Source: an uncultured Candidatus Saccharibacteria bacterium (GTDB lineage Bacteria; Patescibacteriota; Minisyncoccia; Phycocordibacterales; UBA9973). From it: a DNA stretch of 64,000 nt. The first letter of the stretch is position 1, and the number at the start of each line of letters is the position of its first letter. Shown one piece after another: positions 27,942 through 38,300 of this stretch. The position numbers and the translations under genes are program-made. Under the pieces are notes generated by a model. The model ran no database searches. It worked only from the letters and a program-made list of their open reading frames with translations, and was not told the origin of the DNA. The stretch is from assembly GCA_964426555.1 (NCBI GenBank), contig CAYRQJ010000004.1:19109-83108 (forward strand), written 5' to 3'.

Positions 27942-28637
27942 TTAATCTAACCATTTTTTCTTTTCTAATGCGGCACGGGCGGCGGCTTGCTCGGCTTCTT
28001 GTTTACTGTGGCCTTTACCTTCGGCAATACGGTCTGCGCCAAAAAACACTCCAACAGTAAAATGCTTGTCATGGTCTGGACCAGCTTCGTGCAGGACTTT
28101 GTAAGACGGAGTCACAGAATGATGTTCTTGAGATTTTTCTTGAATTAAAGATTTTGCATCACGCCACAACTTTTTCTTTACTATTTCGTCCAGTCTTGGC
28201 AGTAATGTAGTATGGATAAATTTTTCAGCATTTGCGTAACCATTGTCTTCAAAAATTGCACCTACTACTGCTTCATAAGTATTGGCTAATATATATGTAC
28301 GGGCTTTACCAATGTCTCTTGTTTCTCCTTTGGATAACAACAAATATTCACCAATATTCATAGCAATAGCAACTTCGCCAATAATGTTGGCATTTACCAA
28401 TGCGCTACGATATGCGGTTAGCTCCCCTTCGGCACAATTGGGATATGTTTTATATAAAAAATCTGTAACAACTAATTCTAAAACTGCATCACCTAGAAAT
28501 TCTAATCTTTCATTGTGAGGTAAACCCAGTTTTGCATTTTCGTTTAAATATGAACGATGAATAAACGCAGATGTAAGTATATCTTTGTTTTTAAATTTTA
28601 TGCCAATTTCTTTTTGGAATTTTTCAAAATCTGCCAT
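27942..28637 (-). CDS. rnc: ribonuclease III
   Basis: ERLEFLGDAVLELVV signature, C-terminal dsRBD; 2 nt after upstream stop. Confidence 0.95.
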   Translation of the reverse strand: MADFEKFQKEIGIKFKNKDILTSAFIHRSYLNENAKLGLPHNERLEFLGDAVLELVVTDFLYKTYPNCAEGELTAYRSALVNANIIGEVAIAMNIGEYLLLSKGETRDIGKARTYILANTYEAVVGAIFEDNGYANAEKFIHTTLLPRLDEIVKKKLWRDAKSLIQEKSQEHHSVTPSYKVLHEAGPDHDKHFTVGVFFGADRIAEGKGHSKQEAEQAAARAALEKKKWLD

Positions 28638-28638
28638 G

Positions 28639-29568
28639 TTATTTTTTTGTATTTTTTACTAAAATTTCTGTAGCTTTTCCAAGTAGTGGAATAATATTTT
28701 CGTATAGTGCTAAATTTGGAATACTGGATAATGGAAACCATTTTACATCATCAAGTCCACCTTCTTTTTGTAATTTAAGATCTTTAAATTCTGCACGTGC
28801 TAAGAAATAAACAGCTTGTTTACGAATTTTACCTTTTACTGGATGTGATGCAATGTATTCATTGCGACCAAGTTCGTCTTCTACAACTACTTCAATATTT
28901 AATTCTTCTTTAATTTCTCTTGCAGCCCCAACACGTTCGTCTTTAATGTCATCTATTCCGCCTTTACTTAAAGTCCAAAACCCAAAGATATCGTGCACTA
29001 ATGCAAAATAAATAGTGTCTTTTTCTATTGCATAAATTACAGCTCCGGCTTTTTTCTCTATGGGTAGCGTATCCGGGTCTACAACAACAGGTTCAGTTTT
29101 GGTATTTATTTTTCTTTTGCCATTTTTACCATTTTCATCTTTTCCGGGTTGACCCATTTCTTTATAAACTGCACCCAATACTCCATTTACGAATTTAGGT
29201 GACATATCAGCCCCAAACGCTTTTGCTAGTTCTATAGCTTCGTTAATGGCAACTTTTGGTGGAACATGCTCGTTGTCACCAAATATTAATTCGGCAAGTC
29301 CAATGCGTAAAATATTTCGGTCAATGATACCTATTTTTTCTATAGGCCATTCCGGAGCAGCTTTAACAATAACATCATCTAAAATAGATTTTTTACTAAT
29401 TATAAGTTTTGTAAGTTCACGAGCAAAAGCCGCATCAGGATGTCCTGGTGCAAATTCTGTAATATTTCTGTTTACAATAGCTGGAACTTCTTCCACAAGA
29501 AGATTCCTGAAATCCCATTCAAATAGGGACTGTAGTACGATAGAGCGAGATAAATGCCTGTTTGCCAT
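28639..29568 (-). CDS. nusB: NusB antitermination domain fused to a C-terminal Nudix-like hydrolase domain
   Basis: aa 1-140 NusB (IDRNILRIGLAELIF...VAINEAIELAKAFGADMSPKFVNGVLGAV); Lys/Gly linker; aa about 175-309 with REIKEELNIEV (REUxEE Nudix-box core). Confidence 0.7.
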   Translation of the reverse strand: MANRHLSRSIVLQSLFEWDFRNLLVEEVPAIVNRNITEFAPGHPDAAFARELTKLIISKKSILDDVIVKAAPEWPIEKIGIIDRNILRIGLAELIFGDNEHVPPKVAINEAIELAKAFGADMSPKFVNGVLGAVYKEMGQPGKDENGKNGKRKINTKTEPVVVDPDTLPIEKKAGAVIYAIEKDTIYFALVHDIFGFWTLSKGGIDDIKDERVGAAREIKEELNIEVVVEDELGRNEYIASHPVKGKIRKQAVYFLARAEFKDLKLQKEGGLDDVKWFPLSSIPNLALYENIIPLLGKATEILVKNTKK

Positions 29569-29610
29569 AAATTTATACGGTGTTTAAAAAGAACAAAACG
29601 CGCAAAAAAA

Positions 29611-29823
29611 TTACTTTGCGCGTTTTTTCGCTATCTTCTTTTCCACTTTCTTAAGAACATCAATAACTTTTTTACCTTTGTACATTCCTGTCTTCATGTC
29701 TACACGATGACGCAAATGTACAGAGCCTGTATCTTTATCAGTAACAGTCTTGATTTCGCTAAGAGCGTGGTGTGATCGACGGTTGCCTGTGTGGCCCCGT
29801 GTGTGTCTCATTCGAATTACCAT
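29611..29823 (-). CDS. rpmF: 50S ribosomal protein L32
   Basis: [21 protein letters not shown]...[18 protein letters not shown] matches bL32 (RRSHxAL, HLRHH, YRGxKV). The ORF-track 137-aa version has a non-homologous 5' extension. Confidence 0.85.
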   Translation of the reverse strand: MVIRMRHTRGHTGNRRSHHALSEIKTVTDKDTGSVHLRHRVDMKTGMYKGKKVIDVLKKVEKKIAKKRAK

Positions 29824-29900
29824 AGGGTATTTATACCAAAAAAAAGCTTTTTTTGCAACCCTTGCAGAAAGTTTAGTAAAATAGAAATAATATCTAATAT

Positions 29901-31673
29901 GTGATACATTATATAAATATGGATGAGAAAAAATTGGAACATAACCGCCACACTTTAGCCCACCTTTTAGCACAATCAGTGTCAACGCTATACCCACAGT
30001 CTCAGCTGACTCTTGGCCCAGCAATTGATAATGGTTTTTACTATGATATTGATTTTGGTACTGAAAAAATCTCTGATACTGACCTGCAAAAAATTGAAGA
30101 TTTAATGAAAAAGAATCTTATTAATTGGACTGAATTTACACACAAAGTTGTATCAAAAGATGAAGCCTTGGCGATATTTTCAGGCAATGTTTATAAAACA
30201 GAACTAATAAATGAAATTACAGAACGAGCAGAAGAAATTACATTGTACACATGTGGTGGTTTTACTGATCTTTGTCGTGGTGGTCATGCAGAAAATCCTT
30301 CAATTGAAATTCCAAGTGATTCTTTCAAGCTAGACCGTGTAGCTGGAGCATACTGGCGCGGTGATGAAAAAAATAAAATGCTAACAAGAATTTACGGTTT
30401 AGCATTTGAGAATAAAGAAAAATTGGATGAATATATCATCCAACAAGAAGAAGCTAAAAAAAGAGACCATAGGAAGCTAGGTAAAGAGCTTGAACTATTT
30501 ACTATTATTGAAGAAATAGGAGCGGGTTTACCATTGTTTTATCCAAAAGGAGCAATACTACGTAGAACAATTGAAAATTTTATTACAGATGTTCAAGAAA
30601 AACGTGGGTTTGTACCAATATGGATACCTCATATTACAAAAGGTAAATTATATGAAATATCTGGGCATTTAGATAAATACGATGCAATGTATACACCAAT
30701 GACAATTGATGGTGGTGATAATTACTATTTAAAGCCGATGAATTGTCCGCATTTTATGATGCTTTATAAAACACTGCCTCATTCATACAGAGATTTACCT
30801 GTACGTTATGTTTCTACAACAACAAATTATCGTTACGAAAAATCTGGAGAACTATCTGGATTAACTAGAGTTAGATCTTTAACACAAGATGACTGTCATG
30901 TATTTTGTGAACCAACTCAAATCCACAACGAGATTAAAGTAATGCTAGAAATGATAAACGAAGTCTATGATGCATTTGGATTTAAAGATTTTTATGTTCG
31001 TATATCACTAAGAGATTCTCAGAATAAATCAAAATATCTTGGTAGCGATGAAGTTTGGAACACAGCAGAAAATGCATTACGCGAAATTGTAAAACAAACT
31101 GGTTGGAATTATAAAGAAGCTGAAGATGAAGCTGCTTTTTATGGACCAAAATTAGATTTTATGTTTAAAGATGCTATTGGCCGTGAATGGCAATTATCTA
31201 CAATTCAACTGGACTTTAATTTACCAGAAAGATTTGATTTAGATTATGTAAATAGTGAAGGTAATAAAGTTCGCCCTGTTGTAATTCACCGTGCAATGCT
31301 GGGGTCAACAGAGAGATTCATGGGTATAATGATAGAACATTTTGCAGGAGCATTTCCAACATGGCTATCCCCTGTACAAGTTAGTATTGTTCCAGTACGG
31401 GCAGAAATTCACGGCGAATACGCAAATACTATTTTAAACAGTCTAAAAGAAAAAGGAATCCGTGCAGAATTAAGCAGTAGTGATGACTCTCTGGGTAAGC
31501 GGATAAATAGTGCCAAAGCTCAAAAAGTTCCGTATGTTATTGTAATTGGTGATAAAGAAATAGAAAAGAATTTATTAACCGTAGAAACAAGAGGTGAAAA
31601 AATAGTAGACATAACAGTAGTTGATTTTGTTACAAAACTGGAAGACGAAATTAAAAATAAAATATTAAATTAA
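29901..31673 (+). CDS. thrS: threonyl-tRNA synthetase (590 aa, apparently lacking N-terminal TGS domain)
   Basis: HTLAHLLAQ (second additional domain), class II motifs incl. [33 protein letters not shown]-terminal anticodon-binding domain. Confidence 0.95.
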   Translation: MIHYINMDEKKLEHNRHTLAHLLAQSVSTLYPQSQLTLGPAIDNGFYYDIDFGTEKISDTDLQKIEDLMKKNLINWTEFTHKVVSKDEALAIFSGNVYKTELINEITERAEEITLYTCGGFTDLCRGGHAENPSIEIPSDSFKLDRVAGAYWRGDEKNKMLTRIYGLAFENKEKLDEYIIQQEEAKKRDHRKLGKELELFTIIEEIGAGLPLFYPKGAILRRTIENFITDVQEKRGFVPIWIPHITKGKLYEISGHLDKYDAMYTPMTIDGGDNYYLKPMNCPHFMMLYKTLPHSYRDLPVRYVSTTTNYRYEKSGELSGLTRVRSLTQDDCHVFCEPTQIHNEIKVMLEMINEVYDAFGFKDFYVRISLRDSQNKSKYLGSDEVWNTAENALREIVKQTGWNYKEAEDEAAFYGPKLDFMFKDAIGREWQLSTIQLDFNLPERFDLDYVNSEGNKVRPVVIHRAMLGSTERFMGIMIEHFAGAFPTWLSPVQVSIVPVRAEIHGEYANTILNSLKEKGIRAELSSSDDSLGKRINSAKAQKVPYVIVIGDKEIEKNLLTVETRGEKIVDITVVDFVTKLEDEIKNKILN

Positions 31674-31706
31674 ATAAAAAACCGCACATTGTGCGGTTTT
31701 TTATTA
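31674..31706. terminator. bidirectional terminator hairpin AAAAACCGCACATTGTGCGGTTTTTT
   Basis: Perfect stem ACCGCACA/TGTGCGGT flanked by A- and T-runs between convergent thrS and pyk. Confidence 0.8.
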
Positions 31707-33116
31707 TAACTTCATAACCATCATTGTGTTTGTTGACCCGGGTGTACCAAATGGAACACCAGCAGTTAGTATAATACTGTCCCCTTTTTTAACCATTTTA
31801 TTTTTTAATAAAATTTGAGAAATTCCAGAACTGGCGCTAGTTATACCTTTGTATGTTTCAGTAACTATAGGCATTACTCCATAAGAAAGCATAGTTTGAC
31901 GAGCTACTTCTACGTGTGTAGTAGCTGCAACAATAATTTGTACAGGTCTGTGTCTTGAAATAATTTTTGAAGTAAAACCAGATTCAGTCAACGCAATTAT
32001 TAATTTAGCTTTTACATCTTCAGCCACATGAACAAGAGCAGAAGAAAGACTGTCTACTAAATCACCTTGTTTAACTTGAATTCTTTTATGCGTTTTTATT
32101 TCTTCTTCTACACGCAAGGCAGTTTTAGACATTATTTGTACAGCTAGAGTTGGGTATTCGCCAACTGCAGTTTCTTCGCTAAGCATTAATGCATCAGTAC
32201 CATCATAAATTGCATTTGCAATATCTGAGACTTCAGCACGAGTAGGTACAGGTGTACGAACCATGCTTTCTAGCATTTGAGTAGCGGTAATTACTGGTTT
32301 ACCAACTGTGTTACATTTATTAATAATTTTCTTTTGAATATATGGAACATTCTCAGCCCCAACTTCAATAGCTAAATCACCCCGGGCAACCATAATAGCG
32401 TCAGAATTTTCAATAATATTATCAATATTTAAAACAGCTTCTGGGGTTTCAATTTTAGCAATAATTTTTGCTTTTGATTTATGTTTAATTAAATATTTTC
32501 TTAAATCATTTATGTCTTTACTGTTACGAATAAATGATAGTGCAAAATAATCTACTCCATTTTTTATACCAAATAAAACATCTTTTAAATCTTTAGCTGT
32601 TAGTGCACTAATAGACAAATTTGCATTTGGCATATTTACACCACGTCTAGATTTTATTTCTCCACCAACAACTATTTTGGTTTCGATTTCTTTTGAATTT
32701 AATATTTTTGTAACCACTAAACTTTTTTTACCATCATCAAGCATAATAACATTACCCACAGATAAATCTTTTGCAATTTGTGGGTAATTTATATAAACTA
32801 TTTTTTCGTTACCCAAAATTTTATTTGTAGTTAGTATAAATTTTTGACCTTTTACTAATGTTATTTTGTCATTTATAAATTCCCCTATTCTTATTTTAGG
32901 TCCACAAAGATCCATAATTACACCAAGATATACTTTGTTATTATGTTCAAATTCGTTTCGTAATTTAATTGTTTTTTCGTGAGTTGTGTAGTCACCATGG
33001 CTCATGTTTAGTCTTAAAAACGCAACACCATTTTGGTGAAATTTATTAAATAAATCTATCGATTGAGAAGCTGGACCGATGGTTGTAATAATTTTTGTTT
33101 TTTGAAAAGTTTTCAT
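31704..33116 (-). CDS. pyk: pyruvate kinase
   Basis: KTKIITTIGPAS N-terminus, barrel and C-terminal domains; 470 aa. Confidence 0.9.
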   Translation of the reverse strand: MKTFQKTKIITTIGPASQSIDLFNKFHQNGVAFLRLNMSHGDYTTHEKTIKLRNEFEHNNKVYLGVIMDLCGPKIRIGEFINDKITLVKGQKFILTTNKILGNEKIVYINYPQIAKDLSVGNVIMLDDGKKSLVVTKILNSKEIETKIVVGGEIKSRRGVNMPNANLSISALTAKDLKDVLFGIKNGVDYFALSFIRNSKDINDLRKYLIKHKSKAKIIAKIETPEAVLNIDNIIENSDAIMVARGDLAIEVGAENVPYIQKKIINKCNTVGKPVITATQMLESMVRTPVPTRAEVSDIANAIYDGTDALMLSEETAVGEYPTLAVQIMSKTALRVEEEIKTHKRIQVKQGDLVDSLSSALVHVAEDVKAKLIIALTESGFTSKIISRHRPVQIIVAATTHVEVARQTMLSYGVMPIVTETYKGITSASSGISQILLKNKMVKKGDSIILTAGVPFGTPGSTNTMMVMKL

Positions 33117-35194
33117 TAGATATCTAGATTTGCGTATTTGGCATTGGTTTGAATAAAAGATTTTCTTGGGGCAACTTCGCTACCCATTAACATATCAAAT
33201 ATATTGTCAGCTGCTTCAGCATCGTCTACTTGGACTTGCTTAAGAATTCTGCGAGCAGGGTCCATTGTTGTTTCCCATAGTTCTTCAGAATTCATTTCTC
33301 CGAGACCTTTATAACGTTGAATATGGAATTTTGTAGCGGCTTTTTTCTTTGTTTCTTCAGACTCTTCGCCTTCTAATTCTACTACTTCGTCACTATCTTC
33401 AGATTCTATAACTACAGCATCTGGAACTTTGCCAACAACAGCGTCTCGTTCTTCGTCTGAATATGCATACCAAACTTCTTTACCTTTTTTAATTTTGAAA
33501 AGTGGTGGTTGAGCAATGTAAATAAATCCCCCGTCAATTAGCGGACGGAAATATCTATAGAACAATGTCAGAATTAGTGTACGAATGTGTGCACCATCCA
33601 CGTCGGCATCGGTTGCTATGATTATTTTATGGTAGCGTAATTTTGAAATATCAAAAGTATCACCAATAGCACAACCCATTGCAACAACTAAATTTTTAAT
33701 TTGTTCACTGGCTAACATTTTATCCAGTCGTGCTCTTTCAATATTTAGAATCTTTCCACGCAGTGGCAAAATTGCTTGAGTACGACGGTCACGTCCCATT
33801 TTTGCAGTACCACCCGCAGAATCTCCCTCTACAATAAATATTTCAGATTCTTCAGCAGATTTTGTTTGACAGTCAGCAAGCTTACCTGGCAATGTCATGC
33901 CTTCTAATGCTCCTTTACGAAGCACAGAATCTTTTGCAGCTTTAGCGGCTTTACGTGCACGCATAGCCAGCAGTGATTTATTGATTATAGCTTTAGCTTC
34001 ATCAGGATTTTCTTCAAAGAAACTGTTTAATGCGTCACCAAATACAGTGTTAACTGCACCCTGAGCTTCAGTAGAACCCAATTTACCTTTGGTTTGGCCT
34101 TCAAATTGGATTTCTGGCATCTTGATAGACACCACCGCAACAAGACCTTCTAGTACGTCATCTCCTGTAAAACCACCGTCAGCTTCTTTTGCAAGACCAG
34201 CTTTTTTAGCATAGGAATTTATAATACGAGTTAAGGCAGTTTTGAAACCAGTAACATGAGTTCCGTATTCGGGGTTATTTATATTGTTAGCAAAAGCAAC
34301 AATTCTAGTAGACACATCATCAACATAACGAAATACTACTTCTACGGCTACATTATCAATTTCTCTTTCAATATGAAAAATAGAAGAATGAATTGGTTTT
34401 TGATATTCAGTATAATGCTCCACTAATGAACGCAATCCCCCTTCGAAATAATAAGTATGACTTGGTAATTCTAAATTTAAATCTTTAAACCAAAAGACAT
34501 CATCTATATTTGTTTTTTTGCCAGACAAAACATCAGCCCCCATTTCACGAGCGTCAATTGTAGTAATGCGTAAACCTTTTACAAGGTAAGCTTGCTGACG
34601 AAAATGATTTACAATAGTTGTTAAACTAAAATTTGTTGTTTCTTTAAAAATTTCTGCGTCAGGTTGAAAAGTAATAATTGTTCCGCGAAGTTTTGATTTT
34701 TCAACTTGTTTTACATTGGCTTTTTTAATACCTTTTGAATATTCTTGAACATATTTACCACCTTCACGATGTACTACTGCCTGAGTATATACAGACAATG
34801 CATTTACCACAGACGCACCCACACCGTGCAGACCTCCGGAAACTTTATATCCAGATTCATCTCCACCAAATTTACCACCAGCATGCAGTGTAGTCATTAC
34901 AGTTTCCAGTGCAGAAACTTTTGTTTTAGAATGAATTCCTACTGGAATACCACGACCATTGTCGGCAACACGAATACGGTTACCAGGTAGTAGTACTACT
35001 TCGATATTATTACATTCACCGGCCATGGCTTCGTCACGAGAGTTGTCAAAAATTTCCCATACAAGGTGGTGTAGACCTTCGGGGCCAGTAGAACCAATGT
35101 ACATTCCGGGACGGCGACGAACTGGTTCTAATCCTTCTAGAACTGAAATTTCATCAGCTCCATAGTTCTTTTTTGATGTGTTTTTTTCTGCCAT
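33116..35194 (-). CDS. gyrB: DNA gyrase subunit B
   Basis: GHKL ATPase GLHHLVWEIFDNSRDEAMAG, TOPRIM EGDSAGG, LILTLFYRY; stop overlaps pyk start by 1 nt. Confidence 0.95.
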   Translation of the reverse strand: MAEKNTSKKNYGADEISVLEGLEPVRRRPGMYIGSTGPEGLHHLVWEIFDNSRDEAMAGECNNIEVVLLPGNRIRVADNGRGIPVGIHSKTKVSALETVMTTLHAGGKFGGDESGYKVSGGLHGVGASVVNALSVYTQAVVHREGGKYVQEYSKGIKKANVKQVEKSKLRGTIITFQPDAEIFKETTNFSLTTIVNHFRQQAYLVKGLRITTIDAREMGADVLSGKKTNIDDVFWFKDLNLELPSHTYYFEGGLRSLVEHYTEYQKPIHSSIFHIEREIDNVAVEVVFRYVDDVSTRIVAFANNINNPEYGTHVTGFKTALTRIINSYAKKAGLAKEADGGFTGDDVLEGLVAVVSIKMPEIQFEGQTKGKLGSTEAQGAVNTVFGDALNSFFEENPDEAKAIINKSLLAMRARKAAKAAKDSVLRKGALEGMTLPGKLADCQTKSAEESEIFIVEGDSAGGTAKMGRDRRTQAILPLRGKILNIERARLDKMLASEQIKNLVVAMGCAIGDTFDISKLRYHKIIIATDADVDGAHIRTLILTLFYRYFRPLIDGGFIYIAQPPLFKIKKGKEVWYAYSDEERDAVVGKVPDAVVIESEDSDEVVELEGEESEETKKKAATKFHIQRYKGLGEMNSEELWETTMDPARRILKQVQVDDAEAADNIFDMLMGSEVAPRKSFIQTNAKYANLDI

Positions 35195-35310
35195 CCCGTT
35201 AGAAGCAGATCGCGATTAAAACGCGTTCTTGCTTTATTATATTTATAATTTTATCGGTATTTAAATTCATGTTTATATTATGTATTATCGTGATCGCGGC
35301 TTCTAACCGG
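35195..35310. repeat. 116-bp IR-bounded element copy 3, abutting gyrB start codon
   Basis: CCCGTTAGAAGCAGATCGCGAT ... GATCGCGGCTTCTAACCGG inverted termini; interior about 80% identical to copy 1; internal TTTAAA-18-TATAAT on the gene strand. Confidence 0.8.
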
Positions 35311-35344
35311 ACCATGTATACATAAAGTATACCATATACAAAAA

Positions 35345-35375
35345 CTAAATAAAACCCTATTTTGCAAGGGTTTTA
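35345..35375 (-). terminator. rho-independent terminator after the 1310-aa fibre-like gene
   Basis: Minus strand AAACCCTTGCAAAATAGGGTTT hairpin followed by TATTTAGTTTTT. Confidence 0.65.
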
Positions 35376-35389
35376 TTGGTTAATTAGAC

Positions 35390-38300
35390 TTATATTACAG
35401 GCTCTGGGGCTGGTTCAGGATCTGGTGTTGGTGCTGGATCAGGGTCAGGTGTAGGAGCTGGATCGGGCGTTGGAGTTGAGTCTGGTGTTGGGTCTGGAGT
35501 AGGCGTTGGATCTGGTGTTGGAGATAGATCAGGTGTTGGATTTGATGCAGGAGATGGTGTTATTCCACTTTGATTTACCATTTGTAAGAATTGCTCTTCG
35601 TTAACACAGACACTGCCAACACACAATTCTTTTGTTTGAACTTTATCTGCATTTATTAATTTAGTAAAGATTACTTCTATATTATTCCCCACATCTGCCA
35701 AGAATATCTTTATCTTATTTGCTAAACTATTTTCTTTTGTTGTATCAAGTGAAGATAAATCTGTAACTTTTAAATTAAGTTCTTGAATAGCATTTAGTGC
35801 AATCATTTGTAATTCAAGATTATATGAAACTGCATAGTATCCATTTTTTTCTTTAACTAAATCAGGGAAAACTTGTGCCATTTCTTGAGCGATTAAACCA
35901 ACTTGTCTTCCTGATACATAACGTAGTGTTCCACCCAAGCTTTCTATGTCTTCATTCCATTCAAATGATACTGGGCGAAGTTGCATAACTTTTTCTAAAG
36001 ATCCAGTTAGTGAAGTAATATTATGTTTTAATCTTTCGTCAGATGTACATGTCCCAGCAACTTGAGCGCCGGCTTCTCGGAAACAGTCATCAGTATTAAT
36101 ATCGGCTACAACGTCTAGACCGTAGTCGGGAGTAGTATCTCCAATACCGACTTTACCATCACTAATAATTGTCATTCTATCAGTACCTGTTGTGGTTGTG
36201 GTATTAGCCGCAGTATAAAAAGTAATTGTGGTTACAGCGTTTGTAAGTGAACTACCACCACCAATACCAAAATTAGTTACGGCACTACTTGATGTGTAAT
36301 TAAACAATGCTACTGGCTCTTCGGCATTTGTATAATGAGGACCAACGATACGGGCATTTTTATCAGTAACGTTAGTTCTTGTATTTAAAGTATTGTCAGC
36401 ACCCAGCATCATAGTTATACCACCATTACTAATATCTAATGGATATGAAGGAGTTGCGGTAAGAATACCTAGACGATTATTTGTATCATCCCAGAAGAAG
36501 TTTGAATTGTCTTGAGAAATTAAACCGCCTGTCCCAGTAAAAGGAACTGAGCCTGATGTTAATGTAGAAAATGTAATATTCCCAGATGATGTTATGCCAG
36601 TAGCGGCTGCTATTGCACCACTGGAATTGACTTGAAATAAATCACCATCACCAACAGTAAACTTTGCTGCAGGAGACGCGTCCCCTATACCAATATTCCC
36701 AGTAGACAATGTTGTACCTGTACCATCTATTCCAGTACCAAATATTAAGTTACCAATAGTCATCGTATTTGTAGATGTAGCCGTTGGAGCATCAATGTCG
36801 TAGCCGATGACAATGTTATATGAACCAGTAGTAATATTATTACCAGCTTGGTAACCAAAAAGAGAGTTACCATCTGCACCAGTAGCAAATAATCTTGTGG
36901 TATTATGTCCAACCGCAGTATTTCCACTTACTGTTGTATCCGCAACTGTTGCAACCCATGCATGTCCACCTATAACCGTATTATATGAGCCGAGATAGTT
37001 AGCCGTAAGTGCGTAAGTACCCAATGCGATGTTATAAGTTCCAGTACTTGTATTATTCCCTGAAGAATAACCTAGGGATGCATTGTTAGTTCCAGTTGTA
37101 ACACCAGAAAGTGCATATTCCCCAACACCACTATTGTAGCTTCCGGTTGATAAATTAAACAACGATTGCTGACCAACAGCAGTATTGTCGCTTCCTGTAG
37201 TATTGTAATACATACTTGCTTTACCCAACGCAGTATTTGCTTTCCCTGTTGTATTTGCAGCCATAGTATCTGCACCAAATGCAACATTTGAATGACCTGT
37301 GGTTAATGCAGACATTGTATTTTTACCAACAGCACTATTATAGCTTCCTTCCCATACTAATGTAGCAGTTGAGCCTATGGTAAAGTTTCCGGAACTTTCT
37401 CCAACGAAAGTATTTCCCCCCGAAGTTGTCACTGCTCCATTATTCCCATAGTTAAAATCATGGATAAATCTATTTCCATCTTTATAAATAATTCCGTATT
37501 GTGCAGCAAAACTTGTTGCTGGCATTCGGAAGTTTTTTGTAATTTCAAGTTGTTCATTTGGTGTAGCTATACCTATACCAATGTTACCAGTAGACAACGT
37601 AGCATTGACCCCATCAATACCTGTTCCAAAAATAAGATTACCGATATTTAAAGTATTATCCTGAGTATAGTCTTGCGGTTCAATATCGTAGCCAATCATT
37701 ATGTTATGGTCTGCTGAAGACCAGCCAAGACCTGCGTTTTTACCAATAAATATATTGTTACTACCAGAGAAAGCCCCGCCTCCACCAGCAGATTGTCCTA
37801 AAATTGTATTGCCTGAACCAGAAGCATGAGAAGCAGCACTATCTCCAATACCTATATTGTCTGAACCGGTAGAATTACCAAGAGCGCCACTACCGATCGC
37901 AACACCGCTACCACCAGTGGCATCCTGAAGAGCTCCATATCCTATTGCAATAGCTCCGCTACCATCATAATTCTCTAATGCACCATGACCTATTGCGATA
38001 GAATAAGCTGCACCAGTTCCATTTTTTAACGCGTCAACACCTATTGCAACATTAGACTCACCATAATCATTGCTATATAAAGTACGATAACCAATAGCCA
38101 CATTATTATAACCCGAATCATTTACATTAAAAGCTTGATAACCAAAAATAGTATTTGTATTATCATTACTTGGTCCACGCCCAAGTCGTAAACCATTTAT
38201 TAATGCTTCTCCGTTTACATCTAATTTTGCTAATGGAGTCGCAGTACCAATACCAATACTTCCTGTTGAAACCGTTGTGCCTGTACCGTCGATTCCTGTA

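Noticed and set aside
29611-30024. 137-aa version of the rpmF ORF
   Set aside because: Only the C-terminal 70 aa match ribosomal protein L32; the 5' extension crosses into the thrS promoter region, so the gene was trimmed to 29611..29823.
35396-35560. Pro/Thr-rich (TPDP)n tails as separate genes or collagen-like proteins
   Set aside because: They are in-frame C-terminal low-complexity extensions of the fibre ORFs, not independent ORFs.
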